Below, one piece after another: positions 24,385-39,598 of a stretch of DNA of 64,000 nt. The notes below the pieces were generated by a model, which saw nothing but the letters and a program-made list of their open reading frames with translations, had not been told where the DNA came from and searched no databases. Source of the DNA: Eledone cirrhosa (lineage: Eukaryota); the NCBI GenBank assembly GCA_964016885.1, contig OZ024747.1, positions 19,406,001 through 19,470,000 on the forward strand. Reading direction: 5' to 3'. Position 1 is the stretch's first letter, and each line of letters begins with the position of its first letter. The translations under genes and the position numbers were made by a program.

Positions 24385-24588
24385 GGGCGGGCAGTGGATT
24401 GGCAGTATCGGTAGAGGGTCGGACGCCATGCTTTGACGCATATAGTTATGGCCCTTTCCATTCTGAGTTCAAATCTCGCCGAGGTTCACTTTGCCTTTAA
24501 TCCTTACGGGGTACGGGGTCGATAAAATAAAGTACCAGTAATACACTGGGTAATTGCTGGCCTTGTGCCAAAAGTAGAAGCAATATTA
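24385..24588 (+). mobile_element. SINE S1 (second of a tandem pair)
   Basis: Full S1 sequence immediately after the first copy. Confidence 0.9.
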
Positions 24589-25326
24589 TCGAAATTGGTA
24601 TCCTATTTTATTGTTTTATTTGGTTTTCTTTTTCGTTTGGAATTACTGTAGCTTTATGGCTGTAATAGTTGTTCAGTTTGGCTCTGATTATATTTATGCT
24701 GTTACTTATATGTGTTACTTTTCTAGTTATACACGTTTGTTTCCCTTGTTAATGTTTTCCTTTTATTACTTTTCTTGTGTTTGTCCATCTTTTCTAATTT
24801 TCTCTATTCATTTTAAATGCCAAGAGAAAATGTGCATATTATTGCCACTGAATTTGTAGATAATGCAGTTAGTAGATTGTATGCAACATTACACGTAGCA
24901 AATCTATTTATTTCCCACTACCAGCTAGGGCTTTGATATAAATTTGTTCAGCTTTCAAGAAACGGGTAACACTGTTTTTAGTCAATAGTTAATTCTCATG
25001 GCTATAATAATAGTCTATAGTTTATGTACAATGTATGTCGTATTGTCCATAAGTAAATGAAAAAGAATGAAAGATTATCGGTGCTTTCTACTTTCAGTGC
25101 CTGCAGGTAAATGTAATATTGTGTAGAATGTTCCATGTAGGATTTATAGTGTTTAACAAGTTGTCGTTATTCTATAGTTACCTTAACTTAGTTTACCGAT
25201 CACAAGTAGAAATAAATCCTTATTGTGATAGAGATTGCCTTGATTATACTAGAAGGGACTTGACAAATGTGCGCGGGTCCATGAGTCTGAAACCAGAGGC
25301 ATATGTTTGCCGCAACTATATATATA

Positions 25327-25418
25327 AACGGTAAACAGAAATAACAACACAATCGGTATAGTATATGAAAGGAATATATTAGGTTAACGCTTGAAATAGC
25401 AGGAAGTGGGTCTTTATG
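25327..25418 (-). mobile_element. PLE family B tail fragment
   Basis: Matches 3683-3770. Confidence 0.7.
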
Positions 25419-26415
25419 TATATATATATACAAACACACATTGGTATATATATATATATGTGTGTGTACATATATATTAGGCTACAGAAACAACAAGGAA
25501 AAAACAAGAGTCCCTTCCTTTCTGTCAATCTCTGGAAATCACTATGGTTTCGATGCATATAAATTTGTGTACCAATGTAACCTCACTGTTTTCACAACTA
25601 AGTTCTCCCCAGAATTGAAAATGCATTGGGTTATCGTCATCTTCAACAGAAATATCAATATAAATATCATCATCATCATCATAATCAAAATCCTCCCTAA
25701 CAAGAATATTATCATCATCGTCAGCAACAACCTATCATGATCACCGTCGTCATCATATACAGTATCATAATCAACAACAAAAACACCAACATCAACAACA
25801 CACCAAGTTCACCACCATCACCATCCACGACAACATCAAAAGCAATGTATGTAATTAGTTACAATAGATTTCTTTTTTATTTTCTTTATATATTTTTAAA
25901 GCATTCTTTATATTCTGTTCAATATTTTGATGTATTTGATGGAAAGGATAATTGTATACATTTTATTGTCATTGAAACTACTTGTTTTATATATATATAT
26001 TTGTTATTGAATGATTTTGTTAATATATGCCTTCATCAGCTCATTACTTTGTGTACATATAGTTAATGATGATTTGCTTAATTTCATCCAGTTTAAGAGA
26101 TTTGATGTGTTTAAATTCGTGTGAGCTCTTTTAAGTAATGCTTTTATGGTTATTCTTTTTCTTTTGATAAGGGCACTCCTAATTAGTATTAAAACAATTT
26201 AATTTATTGCTTTGGACATTATATGAAAATTGTTAATTTAACATTATTATATTATTATGTTCAGAAATAAATGCAGGTTTCATGTATTAATTTGTTTTAA
26301 GATTTTTAAAAAAGAAAGATCTCTCACGTAAGGTGTGTAAAATGACATATAATTCTTAACCTTATATTATGCTATGTCAATCTATCTACTAATGTGGATT
26401 TTTGCCAATTTTCAG

Positions 26416-26570
26416 ATTTTGATATCAAGATGTCAAAGCAGGAATTTTGCCAAATTTATTCCTATGATGACAAAACGCGGTCGCAGTACAGCACTATGAA
26501 GATGAACGATGGATCCTATACAGCAACCGATAAAGTTAAGCTCAGTGGTTGGACCCAAGGAAACTGTTAA
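26416..26570 (+). CDS. Candidate terminal coding exon (xFDIKMSKQEFCQIYSYDDKTRSQYSTMKMNDGSYTATDKVKLSGWTQGNC*), product unknown
   Basis: Branch-like TACTAAT, pyrimidine-rich acceptor TTTTCAG, and 50 stop-free codons of non-repetitive sequence. No upstream exon established. Confidence 0.35.
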
Positions 26571-28614
26571 AAGCTTCTGAAATCCGAAGTTGCTCCCCCA
26601 AAAGTTATGATGAATATTTGGTGGTCTGCAGCCGATATAATCCACTACAACTTTCTGAAGCTTGGTGAAACAACAACAACAGTATTGTCATGAAATCAAT
26701 TACCTAATTACATCCATGGTTTGTTCTCGACTCATTTGCTGATTTCAGTAACTGTGTCGAATTTATCATTTTTATTTATATCTATTTTACCACTTGCTAA
26801 AGTAGATTTGGCACGCTTGACTAACCCACGCTTGACTGGCCGTTTAGAGGTCTATCATTTTCGAGTTACTTAAATGTTTGTTTTTCTGAATGAATATTGT
26901 TTTTCTATTCAACGTATGATGACGTTTTGATATTGGCCTACTTTTCCATTTATTAGATGGCCATACCAGATATATGCTTGGGTACTGTACAGGATTTCAG
27001 CAAGGGGTTGGACACCATGTTAATCTCTAGAGCCTTTTAGTTGCTTACACCACACACTATGTAGAGTGTTTTGAGCCAATTGTAATACACGTTGCTTGTG
27101 GTAATTATATACGCACTCCACCCTCCAATGTTTTAATGTCAGAGGAATCATTTGGTATCTATTTCAAATACATTGATTTCCTATAGCAAGAGTTTTTAAA
27201 TGCCTCATCCTGCAGGCTTTTGATTCACCCCAGAAGGTCATCATCTATAATTAATCTAATTGTTCCTTATTTGTGCCCTTTTCATCCTTTAAATATTCGA
27301 TACCCCCTTTTCCACCCCACATCGTAAGAATATTAATTTCATTTAATTATATTTTCAATTTTCTGCAGCATATTTTCTTTCAATTTTGTTGTGTAGTGTT
27401 TGGCTGAAGGCTTTCCTTTCATTAGTATCAAGTTCGGATGCCTTCATACTATCGCTGCTACTAGATAGATTAAGGCACAAAACATAGGATGAATGAACTT
27501 TTAAATTACATTGAGAATACTACAGAACCCTTCAGAGTAGAAAGAAAAAATGAATTACAGTCACTTTAAAACAATCAAAGCTTTATTAAAGAAATAATAA
27601 TTCAAATCAGAAGAAATGAAAACACTCAAACTGAGAGAGGGCTAAAACAAAGTGCATCCTCAACCAAATACTTGACAGTAAAAAAAAAAAATTTTTGCTA
27701 AGTAATATTTTAAATAACAGCTTACTAATGAAAAGCTGAGCTATCTCATTACATTACAAAATTACAAAAAATTAACCTGAATTATCATTGAGATATAGAA
27801 GCAACTAAAAAAAACGGATAATAATGGCATGATAAAATCCTTTGATACAAAGGAACGTAACCAAGTCTTTGAGCAACATATAGAAAAGTAGTCTACGAAA
27901 GAATACTTCAAACTAACCGTTCTTTACAGTAAAAATACGAATTATGCAAAATCGAACGTCATCATGGCTTCAGGAAGTACATTTTTTGCTTTGTCGACTT
28001 TTGTTTGCTTTAGTAGATTAGAGATGTTTCTATAGTTTTGTTTGTTGTTAGAATATCATGTTACTTCAGCGGATCAAATTCCCATCTATGTTGATATGCA
28101 AGGAAGCGAGAATTTTTCGGTGGGTTCCCAAGCTATGCGTTAACTAGTGGGTGGAGACATCTCGACTGTTGGTGCTTTTGCAAGAGCCTTTGTCTATATT
28201 AATATAGGATGAATCTCAACAATGAGATACAGTACTAAAAATATTATTTACTGATTTTGGTGGCGAGAAACAAAATGTACTATGAAATACAGTTTGAAAC
28301 ATTTAGCTACATAGAGTTAATCATACAGTGTAAATGGAGAAATGCCGCATACTCAAAATATATTTATACTATACTAAGAGTTAAAGAGTTAGTTTAGAGT
28401 TCTATCTCTTACGCATATTATACCTGGCGGATCTTACGTCTCCCCATATCTGACCATAGCTGATTTCGTCTCGAGAAGAGAGTGGTAGAGTGCGAGAAGG
28501 TAGAAATGTGTAAGAGATATAGAGGAAGAATTAACATCAGTACTGAACTGGTACTTCTTGTATCAACCGCAAAAGGATAAAAGGCAACGTTGACTATGAC
28601 GAGATTTGCTTGGT

Positions 28615-28880
28615 GAGAGTGGGCAGGTTCGACGTTTCGGGCATAAGTCGTGCATCAGGAAAGTAGGGTGAAACTCCAAGAGGGAGTGAGGAGGGTAGTA
28701 AGGAGGGAAGTTAACCGGAAGAACACGAAAGGACAAGGAAAAACAAAATCAAAATCAAAATCAAAATCGAAATAAATAAAAACATAATTAAAAAAGTGAA
28801 AATGAAGTGGGGTGAGAGGCGTGTACGGGTCCAAGATGGCAAGGGTGTGGAGGTGTGTATAGGGGTGGGTGGAGCTGGAT
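28615..28880 (-). mobile_element. PLE-like fragment with degenerate HHR
   Basis: Minus strand TTC-CTGATGC-ACGACTTATGCCC-GAAACGTC-GAA, related to the 41159-41186 motif. Confidence 0.5.
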
Positions 28881-28910
28881 ATGTACATATATATATATAT
28901 ATATATATAG

Positions 28911-29080
28911 AACGAAGGAAATGTGGTAAGGAACCAGGTGGACCATAACGCACCAAAGTACTCAATACTTAGGGTAGTAGAGTGGGTAATAAGAACGAGT
29001 AGGACCCCGACGGCTGAGCTCAAGCCGTTTCTAGCCGTTGAAACGGCTTGACCTCAGCCGTCGGGGTCCTACTCGTTCCT
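28911..29080 (-). mobile_element. Family A hairpin mini-element
   Basis: Tail plus inverted repeat GAACGAGTAGGACCCCGACGGCTGAG / CTCAGCCGTCGGGGTCCTACTCGTTC. Confidence 0.8.
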
Positions 29081-30039
29081 CGAATAAGTACAATATACTT
29101 CAAATCATTTACAAGACTGTAGTAACGCAATTAACCACTTATTATAAAAGGGAATTGGTAAATGCCTTGTGTCATTTATTCCAGATCATTATGGACTGAC
29201 TAAAAATCCTGTTATAAGAAAATTTGCCTTTCAATTTTCCCGTTTCGATAAAATAAGTAGTGGGGTTAATTTTATCGACTAACCCATACCCTCAAAAGTG
29301 TACCCCTACGTCTATGTTGAAAATGGCTATATTTATTTCATGAGTATAACACATCTATCCATTAGTTTTCAAATAATCAAAATAACAAGAAATTAGAGAA
29401 TCTTATCTTTCTTTTACAAGACTGCTAAATATTGTAAAGCACAGCAAATCGCTGAAAATTTACAGCAGGAAACGTGGTGAGAACGATCGTGATTTGACCC
29501 TCGTTCATCAGGTATATAAGTGAAATTTTCTGATTTCATAATACACTATAGTACGCTCTATAACTACTGATCTACAGACAGCCACAGATGCATTTGGAAA
29601 CTTCAATTTTATGAGAATGTATTTGCTACTTTCACTCCAGTAACTCAATGAGTTATTAGCAGATATTTGGAAATCGATAAATGTATACATAAAAATTAGC
29701 TAACAGATTTTCCTGTAATGAAATTAACCTGACATGCGTTAATGAAAGCTGTTACCGAGATATATTGGTGTCTGATTATGATTATATTTATATATCTGTG
29801 CACATTTTAATATCTCCAGCATTTTGGCAAGTAAGAACCGTTTCTCAAGTCTATTTTTATTCTTTTTATTTTAAAACTCTGAGACGACAAATATCTATCT
29901 ATACGTGATAGCTCCATTAAAGTAACGGTCCGAATTGTTCCCTCAATCTCTCCTTTACTTAATCATTTACGCACATACAAACACAACGCCCACACAAAAT
30001 GCACACACAGACACACACATAGATACATACATTTATATT

Positions 30040-30105
<66 letters not shown>

Positions 30106-30161
30106 TATATGATTATATGAATAAATAAATAAATAAATAAATAAATATATTATATACATAC

Positions 30162-30192
<31 letters not shown>

Positions 30193-30259
30193 CATATATA
30201 TAGGAAAAAAGTCAAAACTCCTTTGTATATGTATATATATATGTATATATGTATATATG

Positions 30260-30292
<33 letters not shown>

Positions 30293-30305
30293 GTGTATAT
30301 ATGTA

Positions 30306-30361
<56 letters not shown>

Positions 30362-31559
30362 TATATAATATATATACACATCATACTTACTTACATACAT
30401 ACATATGTACACTCAAACTTAAAGACGAATAATGTATCTCCCCTAATGTATTTATAAATTAATTTACGTATCTCACTTTCTCTGACTTTCTCATTCGCTC
30501 CCTCTCTCTGAACTATTTAATTTCCTTCTCTACTCTCTCCTTCTACTTCCATACTATCTTTTCCTCTTCACCATCTTTTCTCTATGCATCCCTCTACTTT
30601 ATTTCTTCTTCTCATCGTCTTTCGTCATCAGTTCCACTGCATGCTTTCGGGAATGATATTATCAATTTAGGAATTGTTTCTTCAAAGACAAGTGAGATTA
30701 CGAAGAGAATCTTTTCAGTAAATTAATAATTTACAGATCAATGATTCGTTCTGACCATAAAGACTATTGTTACTCTTGCATGAAATCTTTGACAGATTCA
30801 TTGAATTCCTGACATATTGTATACAATAAGTGAAGACGATCTATTGACCTCTTCACAACAGGAGATACGTTAATGTGATAAGACTTCAGTTTCATGCTTG
30901 TGATTTCTTCTTGCATAAACACACACATATTATCTGACATACACACGCACCCACATAGACATACACAAATTCATACGCATACACATACATACGAACACAT
31001 ACAGGAATACACGCATCCACAGATATACTAGGACCGACTATAATGGAAATATATTCACCCCTGCGGATACATTCAACTATCGTATAGACCTACGCACAAA
31101 ACACAATCATTAACAAGCACAAATACACTACCACACACTTGCACATTAACACACAGGCAATCACAGAAACAAACACAAACATACAATAACACACACACGA
31201 TCGCACACATCGATGGTATGAAAAAGTAGCAGCCAAAACAAACACAATTCTATAAGACAAAACAAACCACCAGGAACATAAATATACGAATAAATATGTT
31301 AAATACAATGGAAAATGATGTTATAAATAATATTTGTTTTCGTGATACTTAATTTGTTTACTAGGCACAAAGCCAAAGTCTTGTCAGGTTTGATGTGTAT
31401 TGTTATTGACGTAATTGATCCTAGTATTATTGGTTGAGACAGCTAAGACATCTCATTTGTAATGACAGCATAATATAGCTTATAGTGAAAGATGAAAACA
31501 TAACTCTGTCTTTTTCCACTGATAGGACTCACCGATATAGATCAAAATATTATAAATGT

Positions 31560-31805
31560 GTTACAGATCAAGAGACAGCATTTAGCGATATGATTATGAC
31601 AAAACCAACCGACAGGACAGGAGATCCAAAGGCAGACTAGGAGCAAAATAGTTGGCTAATACACCTCTCACATGAGGTTGGTCTCACATGTGGATCAAGG
31701 CATATAATTTGGAAATGGTTGCTTCAGATAGAATCCTCTAGAACGTGTGGCTGTCAGGAATAAGTGGACGTTCTCTGACAGGAACAAGTGGACGAAGAAG
31801 AAAAA
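31560..31805 (+). mobile_element. Old RTE-like LINE 3' end
   Basis: Degenerate RRSKGRL..LEMVASDRIL* motif and a short AAG tail. Confidence 0.3.
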
Positions 31806-31919
31806 TGGCTCCGACAAAGATATCTTTCATAATCATAGTTTTTATATATGAAGTCTACCAAAGCTCCCACACGTATCATTACGGCAATCTTTAGAAATCT
31901 ATCTCATTATATGTATATA

Positions 31920-32108
31920 TAATTGTTTCTACTTTAGGCACAAGGCCAGCAATTACCCAGTGCATTACTGGTACTTTATTTTATCGACCCCGTAAGGATG
32001 AAAGGCAAAGTCAACCTCGGCGGGACTTGAACTCAGATCGTAGAGGGACGTAACTATGCTGGAAAGCATGGCGTCCGACCCTCTACCGATACTGCCAATC
32101 CACCGCCA
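31920..32108 (-). mobile_element. SINE S1
   Basis: Full S1, flanked by a CATTATA..TGTATATATAAT duplication. Confidence 0.9.
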
Positions 32109-32699
32109 TTATATATGTATATATAATACAAGGGCTATGCATTTCCGCACACATTGCAACACTGAATCTCTCGAGGGGTACATTAAAGGTATTTGTGTTT
32201 GTATAATGATCAACCTCTTACACGTTAAATTCGCGAGCGACTCACACTATTGATCAAACACTCAGAATACTCCTCGAGCACAGAAACAGGAAGAGCAAAT
32301 TATACCTTGGCACTATTTGAACGCAGAACGTATAGAGACGAACGGCATAAGTTTTTTTCAGCCACTGTTGACAATGTCATCCACTTTCTTTTAACACTAA
32401 CAATTTTCCTTGGTACAAATAAATAAAGAACCAAAATATATCTAAGTTGAGAATACACTATTCAAAAGGTGATAAAGAAATTTTATGTTTACCACAGAGT
32501 AATGGAATTCAGCATCTATTGCTATTAGGAAATATTTATAAACTGCAGAACTTTGAAACGTTTTAGCGAACTATGTAAGAAAAATAATACAAATAGCTAT
32601 AAAACACCAACGAAGACAAGTTTTCTGTCATCAAAGGAGACATCATATATAAAACAGATACAGAGGTAATAGGAAAATGTAGGGATGATGGATGAATCA

Positions 32700-32930
32700 A
32701 TAACAAGAGAAACAATTACAAAATTAGAAATTACAATGAAAATAGGATTACAAAATACCACGCTTAGACGTTGGCAAAAAAGTCCTTAAAATGATGTGGA
32801 TAAAGAAAACATCAACATTACCTAAAAATACCAGGACTCAAAGTCGAGGTAGATGTCTTGTTTCATTGTAGTACGAGTGCAAGGTAAAAGAACTGCCACA
32901 GAAATTACAGAGACATATTGAAGCAGAATA
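32700..32930 (+). mobile_element. Old RTE-like RT fragment
   Basis: Degenerate RCLVSL*YECK..L...LQRHIEAE resembles the RTE motif LLYGCE.W....IEA.E. Confidence 0.3.
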
Positions 32931-32948
32931 CAAAAATAATTAAATAAT

Positions 32949-33133
32949 TATTTCTACTATTGGCACAAGGCCAGCAATTACCCAGTACATTACTGGTACT
33001 TTATTTTATCGACCCCGTAAGGATGAAAGGCAAAGTCAACCTCGGCGGGATTTAAACTCAGATCGTAAAGGGACGTAAATATGCTGGAAAGCATGGCGTC
33101 CGACCCTCTACCGATACTGCCAATCCACAGCCC
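32949..33133 (-). mobile_element. SINE S1 whose TSD also encloses a captured segment
   Basis: TSD AAATAATTAAATAAT at 32934-32948 and 33276-33290. Confidence 0.9.
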
Positions 33134-33134
33134 T

Positions 33135-33281
33135 TGGAAATCTGATAATTGTTTCCCCTATAGAGATGAGTTAATATCTAGTTCACGTTAGCATTGGCAA
33201 ATTATTTTATCTAGTTGCAGACACGTCTTCCCGAAGCCCTTCGCTAACTAATCATGATCAAGGAGTTGCGAGTGTAAATAA
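33135..33281. repeat. 147-bp inverted copy of 34761-34907
   Basis: Base-by-base reverse complement; no mismatch noticed. Confidence 0.92.
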
Positions 33282-33934
33282 TTAAATAATGAATAATAAA
33301 TATGTAGTGGTTGTAAGGACATATGTCGTAGCCAAAATGGTACACTCTTACAGGGTTATATTATAAAGTATGGCAATTTTAGCAAACATCTCAATAAAGT
33401 GAGTTGACAAGGAAGCAGGAAGCTTGGAAGTCTTACCCGATGTTTGCGATTGTTGTTCAGCTTGGTTAATGATGACATATAATTCATAAAGTTTTATTTA
33501 CAATTCGAAAACCAATCAAAATAGAGACAAAGAGACGTGGAATCTGTTCAGAAATCCCATAATTATGATACATTCCCCACTAAATTAATCATTAACATGA
33601 TGTATTGAAATGGGGTATTGATAACAGTGTTGAATACAGGTTGCTTAAAATATACGTCTTTTAAAAGGTTTCTCTTTATGAAGGTCACAAGCTCGCAATC
33701 TCGAAAATCATAGAACGATTATCTAACGCCTAATCCACTAACAGTGATTGCAGTTGCCAAGAAAATAGTTACAGGTTTAACGAAAGATTCTAAATTTAGT
33801 AAAATGAGTTGTGAGTTATAAATTATTCTAATATCTGTGATATTGTAGAAGATTATCTACAACTGAAATATATTTTGGTGGAGCAAATACGTGGGACTCG
33901 ATGCCACTTCTCTGGATTTAAATAATACCGCAAG

Positions 33935-34039
<105 letters not shown>

Positions 34040-35494
34040 AGTGTGCAATATCAATTCCATATTAACTAGATGTCTCTGATGAGCACCACACCAAATATTT
34101 CTATGAAACATATCTTCAAAATTATATAACTCGTTTCTATTTAACAACCGTTAGATGATTAACTTACATTGTTAAGACATACTATGTGTAATGGTGAAGC
34201 GAGTACTAACAGGGTTTTTAAACCACAAAATCATAGCTAAATACCATGAAATTTCATTGTGCCATGTAAAAAAGAAAAGACAAGTTGGATAATGTAGTTT
34301 TAGGTATACAAAAAATACAGGATGTTTAATACACAACTACTATTGATTAAATAATAGAAAATTTAGTACGGCTCTATAGCATATGCTGGGAAATTGGTAC
34401 ACTGGTAGAATATTAATGTTGTACATTTTAGAAAATATGTAGAGAAATGTTCTCAAGAGAAACATTAGTAACCTGCATGTAAGATGAAACTCTCGGCGTG
34501 AAGAAAAATTAATATCCCTAAGATTATATGTAAGAGCATCAGTAACAGAGAGTTTATTGATTAGAGACAGACCATGTTTGTTATCAGTTTTCATTCCTAA
34601 TGTAGAAGAATAAAGTCAGATATTAAGACAGGTTATCATATAAGATATAAAGGCAGACATATGTAATACATATGTAATACATGTGTATTTGGATATATAT
34701 GTTATATATATTGTAATGTGTTATTAGTTATGAAACATGAGCTTGGCTCTAAAACGTATCTTATTTACACTCGCAACTCCTTGATCATGATTAGTTAGCG
34801 AAGGGCTTCGGGAAGACGTGTCTGCAACTAGATAAAATAATTTGCCAATGCTAACGTGAACTAGATATTAACTCATCTCTATAGGGGAAACAATTATCAG
34901 ATTTCCAGCTGAAGATTCCTTGTTATTAGAGAACTTGATAAAATCTGTGAGGATAATATATACTGCAAAGGAATATATTCTGTCAGATTCGTATTAGCGT
35001 AAGATTTTAATGATTGTTAGGAACATTTCATAGTAAATGCAGTGAAAAATCAACCATGACGAGTGACATTTGATATACAGCATGTTGAACAAGCTGAACT
35101 TGATAGAAGGAAATTCAAAGAGTTAGGTAATTATTGTAGATCCTCGATATTAAATGTACATATCGATCGGTTAATAAATCTCATGTCATGTAGTGCTCGG
35201 CATAAATTGTTTCATTTCTTATGTTACAAAATGAGATGTACTTATGCGCTTGGGAATTTTAGATGCATAATCTCTGATATTAAATATAATGGTTGCTTTC
35301 AAATTTTAATTTACAAGAGTTATCACTATTAATTCGTCAAAAACCTGCAGGTAATACCAGAATATATTTCACGAATAAACAAATGTATTATATTAGTATT
35401 TACCGATGGATAACGTATAATTTGTTATTGAGTTAGTAGAGTTAAGCGGGTGTATGGTACAGTAGATTATATTGGATGTATGCAGAACAAGAAT

Positions 35495-35579
<85 letters not shown>

Positions 35580-35824
35580 TTCCCTGAGCGCTGGGTGTAG
35601 ATCTCAAGTCATACTTATGGTCAAACGTTCAGATATGAATTTCATATTCATGGATTTACTGACACACTGGCCCATACACGTACAAAAAACACGCAAACAT
35701 ACATACACAGAGACACACACACATACATGCATGTAAACAAATGAATCTTATGCATACAGAGCTAATCATTAAATTATCAAGCTATTTCTATTCTATCTCT
35801 TTCTCTTCTCCCTATATATATATA

Positions 35825-36036
<212 letters not shown>

Positions 36037-36811
36037 CATATATAACGGCGATGAATTAGTTTTGCGAGGTTTTTGAAATGAAATCGTGTGTCGAAACAAA
36101 TATTGTTATACTTGGGGATAAATAAATACATACTCAAGCACAATAACAACAAACACATATAAACACACACTAGTAAAGATAGAATACATTAACCAATACA
36201 CAGCCACCCAATCACGAACACACATCAAACAAAACACTATACACACACGCAAACGCATGCGCAAAGAAGACAAAATAAAATACACAAATAAATAAAAGTA
36301 TAAACAGAGTAAATAAAGATGGCGTAGAAAATACAATGCAACGGGAGGAAAAAATAGCACCACTGACGATGTTGCAGATGTGCAACGAAAGAACTTTGAT
36401 AAACTATATAGATGTGTTTGTGTCTATATTGTATCTGTATTTTTGACCGTTGGTCAGTCATTGGCAACATTGAGGACCGAATAAATTAGATTACCGCTAT
36501 AAAGGACACAGAAGCGAAAAGCGAAAACCAACCAAACAGTGAGTGTGTTCTGTTATTAATTCTAGCAATATTACACAAATATGACCCTCCCAAGTATAAC
36601 AATATATATATATATATATGTAGATAAATCTACCAAAAGTTTACGGTAGTGTCCAATCCGTATGAATGAAGAACTCAATGAATTCGGATATCATGAAAAG
36701 AGAAGATGCATTCAAAAACTACTTTCGGTGAAAAATAAACGGAAAACAGAGTCAAGATAAATTAATAAAATAATGAATAAACAAAGAAACAGTTCCTTAT
36801 ATTAAAAAAAT

Positions 36812-36953
36812 TCATCATTTTACGATCGTTTCTAGGATATATATGTGTTAGAGTTGGTATGCATATTCTATAGATCTATGTACAATATTTATACAAACTA
36901 TCAGAGGGAATATACATACCTACACATATATATGCTGTCTTCAGAAATAATGA
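36812..36953 (-). ncRNA. Hammerhead-like motif with about 105-nt stem II insert (left arm)
   Basis: TCATTATTT-CTGAAGA-[105 nt]-GAAA-CGATCG-TA-AAATGATGA; 9-bp stem I. Confidence 0.55.
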
Positions 36954-37584
36954 TATTTGTTTATTGAAAAAAACAAAGATTCAATACAATAGGTCTGTTT
37001 GGGAACAGGTTTTGAATTGACCAATAGAGAGATAGTGAGGGTCAGGATAGTAATATAGTAGTAGAAGAACCTTAAATTATGGGTAGAGGAAGGTAGATTT
37101 CAGTTTTGGATGGAAAAGAATATTATGAATGAAGGATTATTTTAGGGAAGAAATAGGTCTTAAGCTGACCTCAGAAATAATTTTATTTGTTCATTTAATA
37201 AAACCAACAAAGATCTAATATATTCTGTCTGTTTGGTAAGAGGTTTAGAATTAACCAGTAGAAAGTTAATAATTGGCCAAATGGTAAAATAGTAGTAATT
37301 GAAGCTTATTTTAGGGGTGAAAATAGGTCAGGTGGTCAATAAAAGGTATACAAGCAATTGCTGTTATAAAATAGTAATGCCAGTACAAATATCTAAGGTG
37401 ACTAAAGTTTTAAGATAAGAATGTTAGTGAAAAAAATACATCTATGAAAAGAATATAAATTAATTTAATTGATGGGTATATGTATATTGATAAAATTATA
37501 CTAATACATATAGATATGATAAATAAGAGTTAGATGCAGTTGAAAAGTGCTGTTAAAGATGAGGGGAAATTAAAAGAATATAAA

Positions 37585-37674
<90 letters not shown>

Positions 37675-37846
37675 TTATATTTCGTTTCTGAATTTGTTTA
37701 GCAAGATTCTTTATCTGAAATCGTGTGTTGAAACCGATATTGTTATACTGGTGCGTGTGTTTCTTATTGGCAACATGACCCTCCCAAAGTATAACAATAT
37801 ATACTTATACATATATATATATATATATATACATATATATACACAT

Positions 37847-37918
<72 letters not shown>

Positions 37919-38000
37919 TTATATATATATATATACATATATATACACATACACACACGCACATACACACATATATATATATATATATATACATACACAT

Positions 38001-38045
<45 letters not shown>

Positions 38046-38169
38046 GATATATACATGCATACATACATACATACATACACATATATATAGACACACATAT
38101 ACACTTCTATATACATATAATTATTGGGGGGGGGGGGATTAAATTTATTAGTGAGAAATAGTAAATATA

Positions 38170-38724
38170 TATAGTATATAAATGTAAAGTTGTTATTGAT
38201 ATATAGGAGCTACCTCTAACAAATTTAAGGTAAGATTTAATACCCACAAACATAGTTTTAAAAATGCCGGACTAGCTAATACAACATCTCTAGCTGAAAT
38301 AATAAATAGTTATAGAAAGAGGAATATAGAATATGATCTGACCTGGAGTGTGCTCAAAAGGTCCACCCCTTATCAAAATAGTAGAAATGAATGTAGATTA
38401 TGTTCCCAAGAACTTTTTGAAATAATGAAATCTAAGGATTTCCTATTAAATAAGCGACAGGAATTAATAATTGTTTCTACTTTTTGGCACAAGGCCAGCA
38501 ATTATCCAGTGTATTACTGGTACTTTATTTTATCGACCCCGTAAGGATGAAAGGCAAAGTCAACCTCGGCGGGATTTGAACTCAGATCGTAAAGGGACGT
38601 AACTATGCTGGAAAGCATGGTTTGCGACCCTCTACCGATACTGCCAATCCACCGCGACAGGAATTAATAATATCGTGTAATCATAAACTGAGAAAAACCT
38701 TAAAATATTATAAACCTAATTAAT
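38170..38724 (+). pseudogene. PLE GIY-YIG endonuclease C-terminus, frameshifted and interrupted by a SINE
   Basis: IVYKCKV / YIGATSNKFKVRFNTHKHSF..TTSLA..LTWSVLKRSTPY..CRLCSQELFEI..LLNKRQELIISCNHK..LKYYKPN*. Confidence 0.85.
38472..38655 (-). mobile_element. SINE S1 inserted in the GIY-YIG coding region
   Basis: 16-18-bp TSD (GC)GACAGGAATTAATAAT at 38454 and 38654. Confidence 0.92.
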
Positions 38725-39598
38725 ATACACTTTAGAAATTAATTTATAAATTATTTTTAATTTAGTTAACCTATAATTAATATTCTACTACTGATGAACT
38801 ACATAATTCTGCTTTAAAAATTATAAACCTAATTAATATACACTTTAGAAATTAATATAATACTATTTTTAATTTAGTTAACCTATAATTAATATTCTAC
38901 TACTGATGAACTACATAATTCTGCTTTAAAAATTATAAACCTAATTAATATACACTTTAGAAATTAATATAATACTATTTTTAATTTAGTTAACCTATAA
39001 TTAATATTCTACTACTGATGAACTACATAATTCTGCTTTAAAAATTATAAACCTAATTAATATACACTTTAGAAATTAATATAATACTATTTTTAATTTA
39101 GTTAACCTATAATTAATATTCTACTACTGATGAACTACATAATTCTGCTTTAAAAATTATAAACCTAATTAATATACACTTTAGAAATTAATATAATACT
39201 ATTTTTAATTTAGTTAACCTATAATTAATATTCTACTACTGATGAACTACATAATTCTGCTTTAAAAATTATAAACCTAATTAATATACACTTTAGAAAT
39301 TAATATAATACTATTTTTAATTTAGTTAACCTATAATTAATATTCTACTACTGATGAACTACATAATTCTGCTTTAAAAATTATAAACCTAATTAATATA
39401 CACTTTAGAAATTAATATAATACTATTTTTAATTTAGTTAACCTATAATTAATATTCTACTACTGATGAACTACATAATTCTGCTTTAAAAATTATAAAC
39501 CTAATTAATATACACTTTAGAAATTAATATAATACTATTTTTAATTTAGTTAACCTATAATTAATATTCTACTACTGATGAACTACATAATTTTGCTT
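38708..39598 (+). repeat. 112-bp tandem repeat, 8 near-identical copies
   Basis: Units start at 38708, 38821, 38933, 39045 and so on. Confidence 0.95.
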
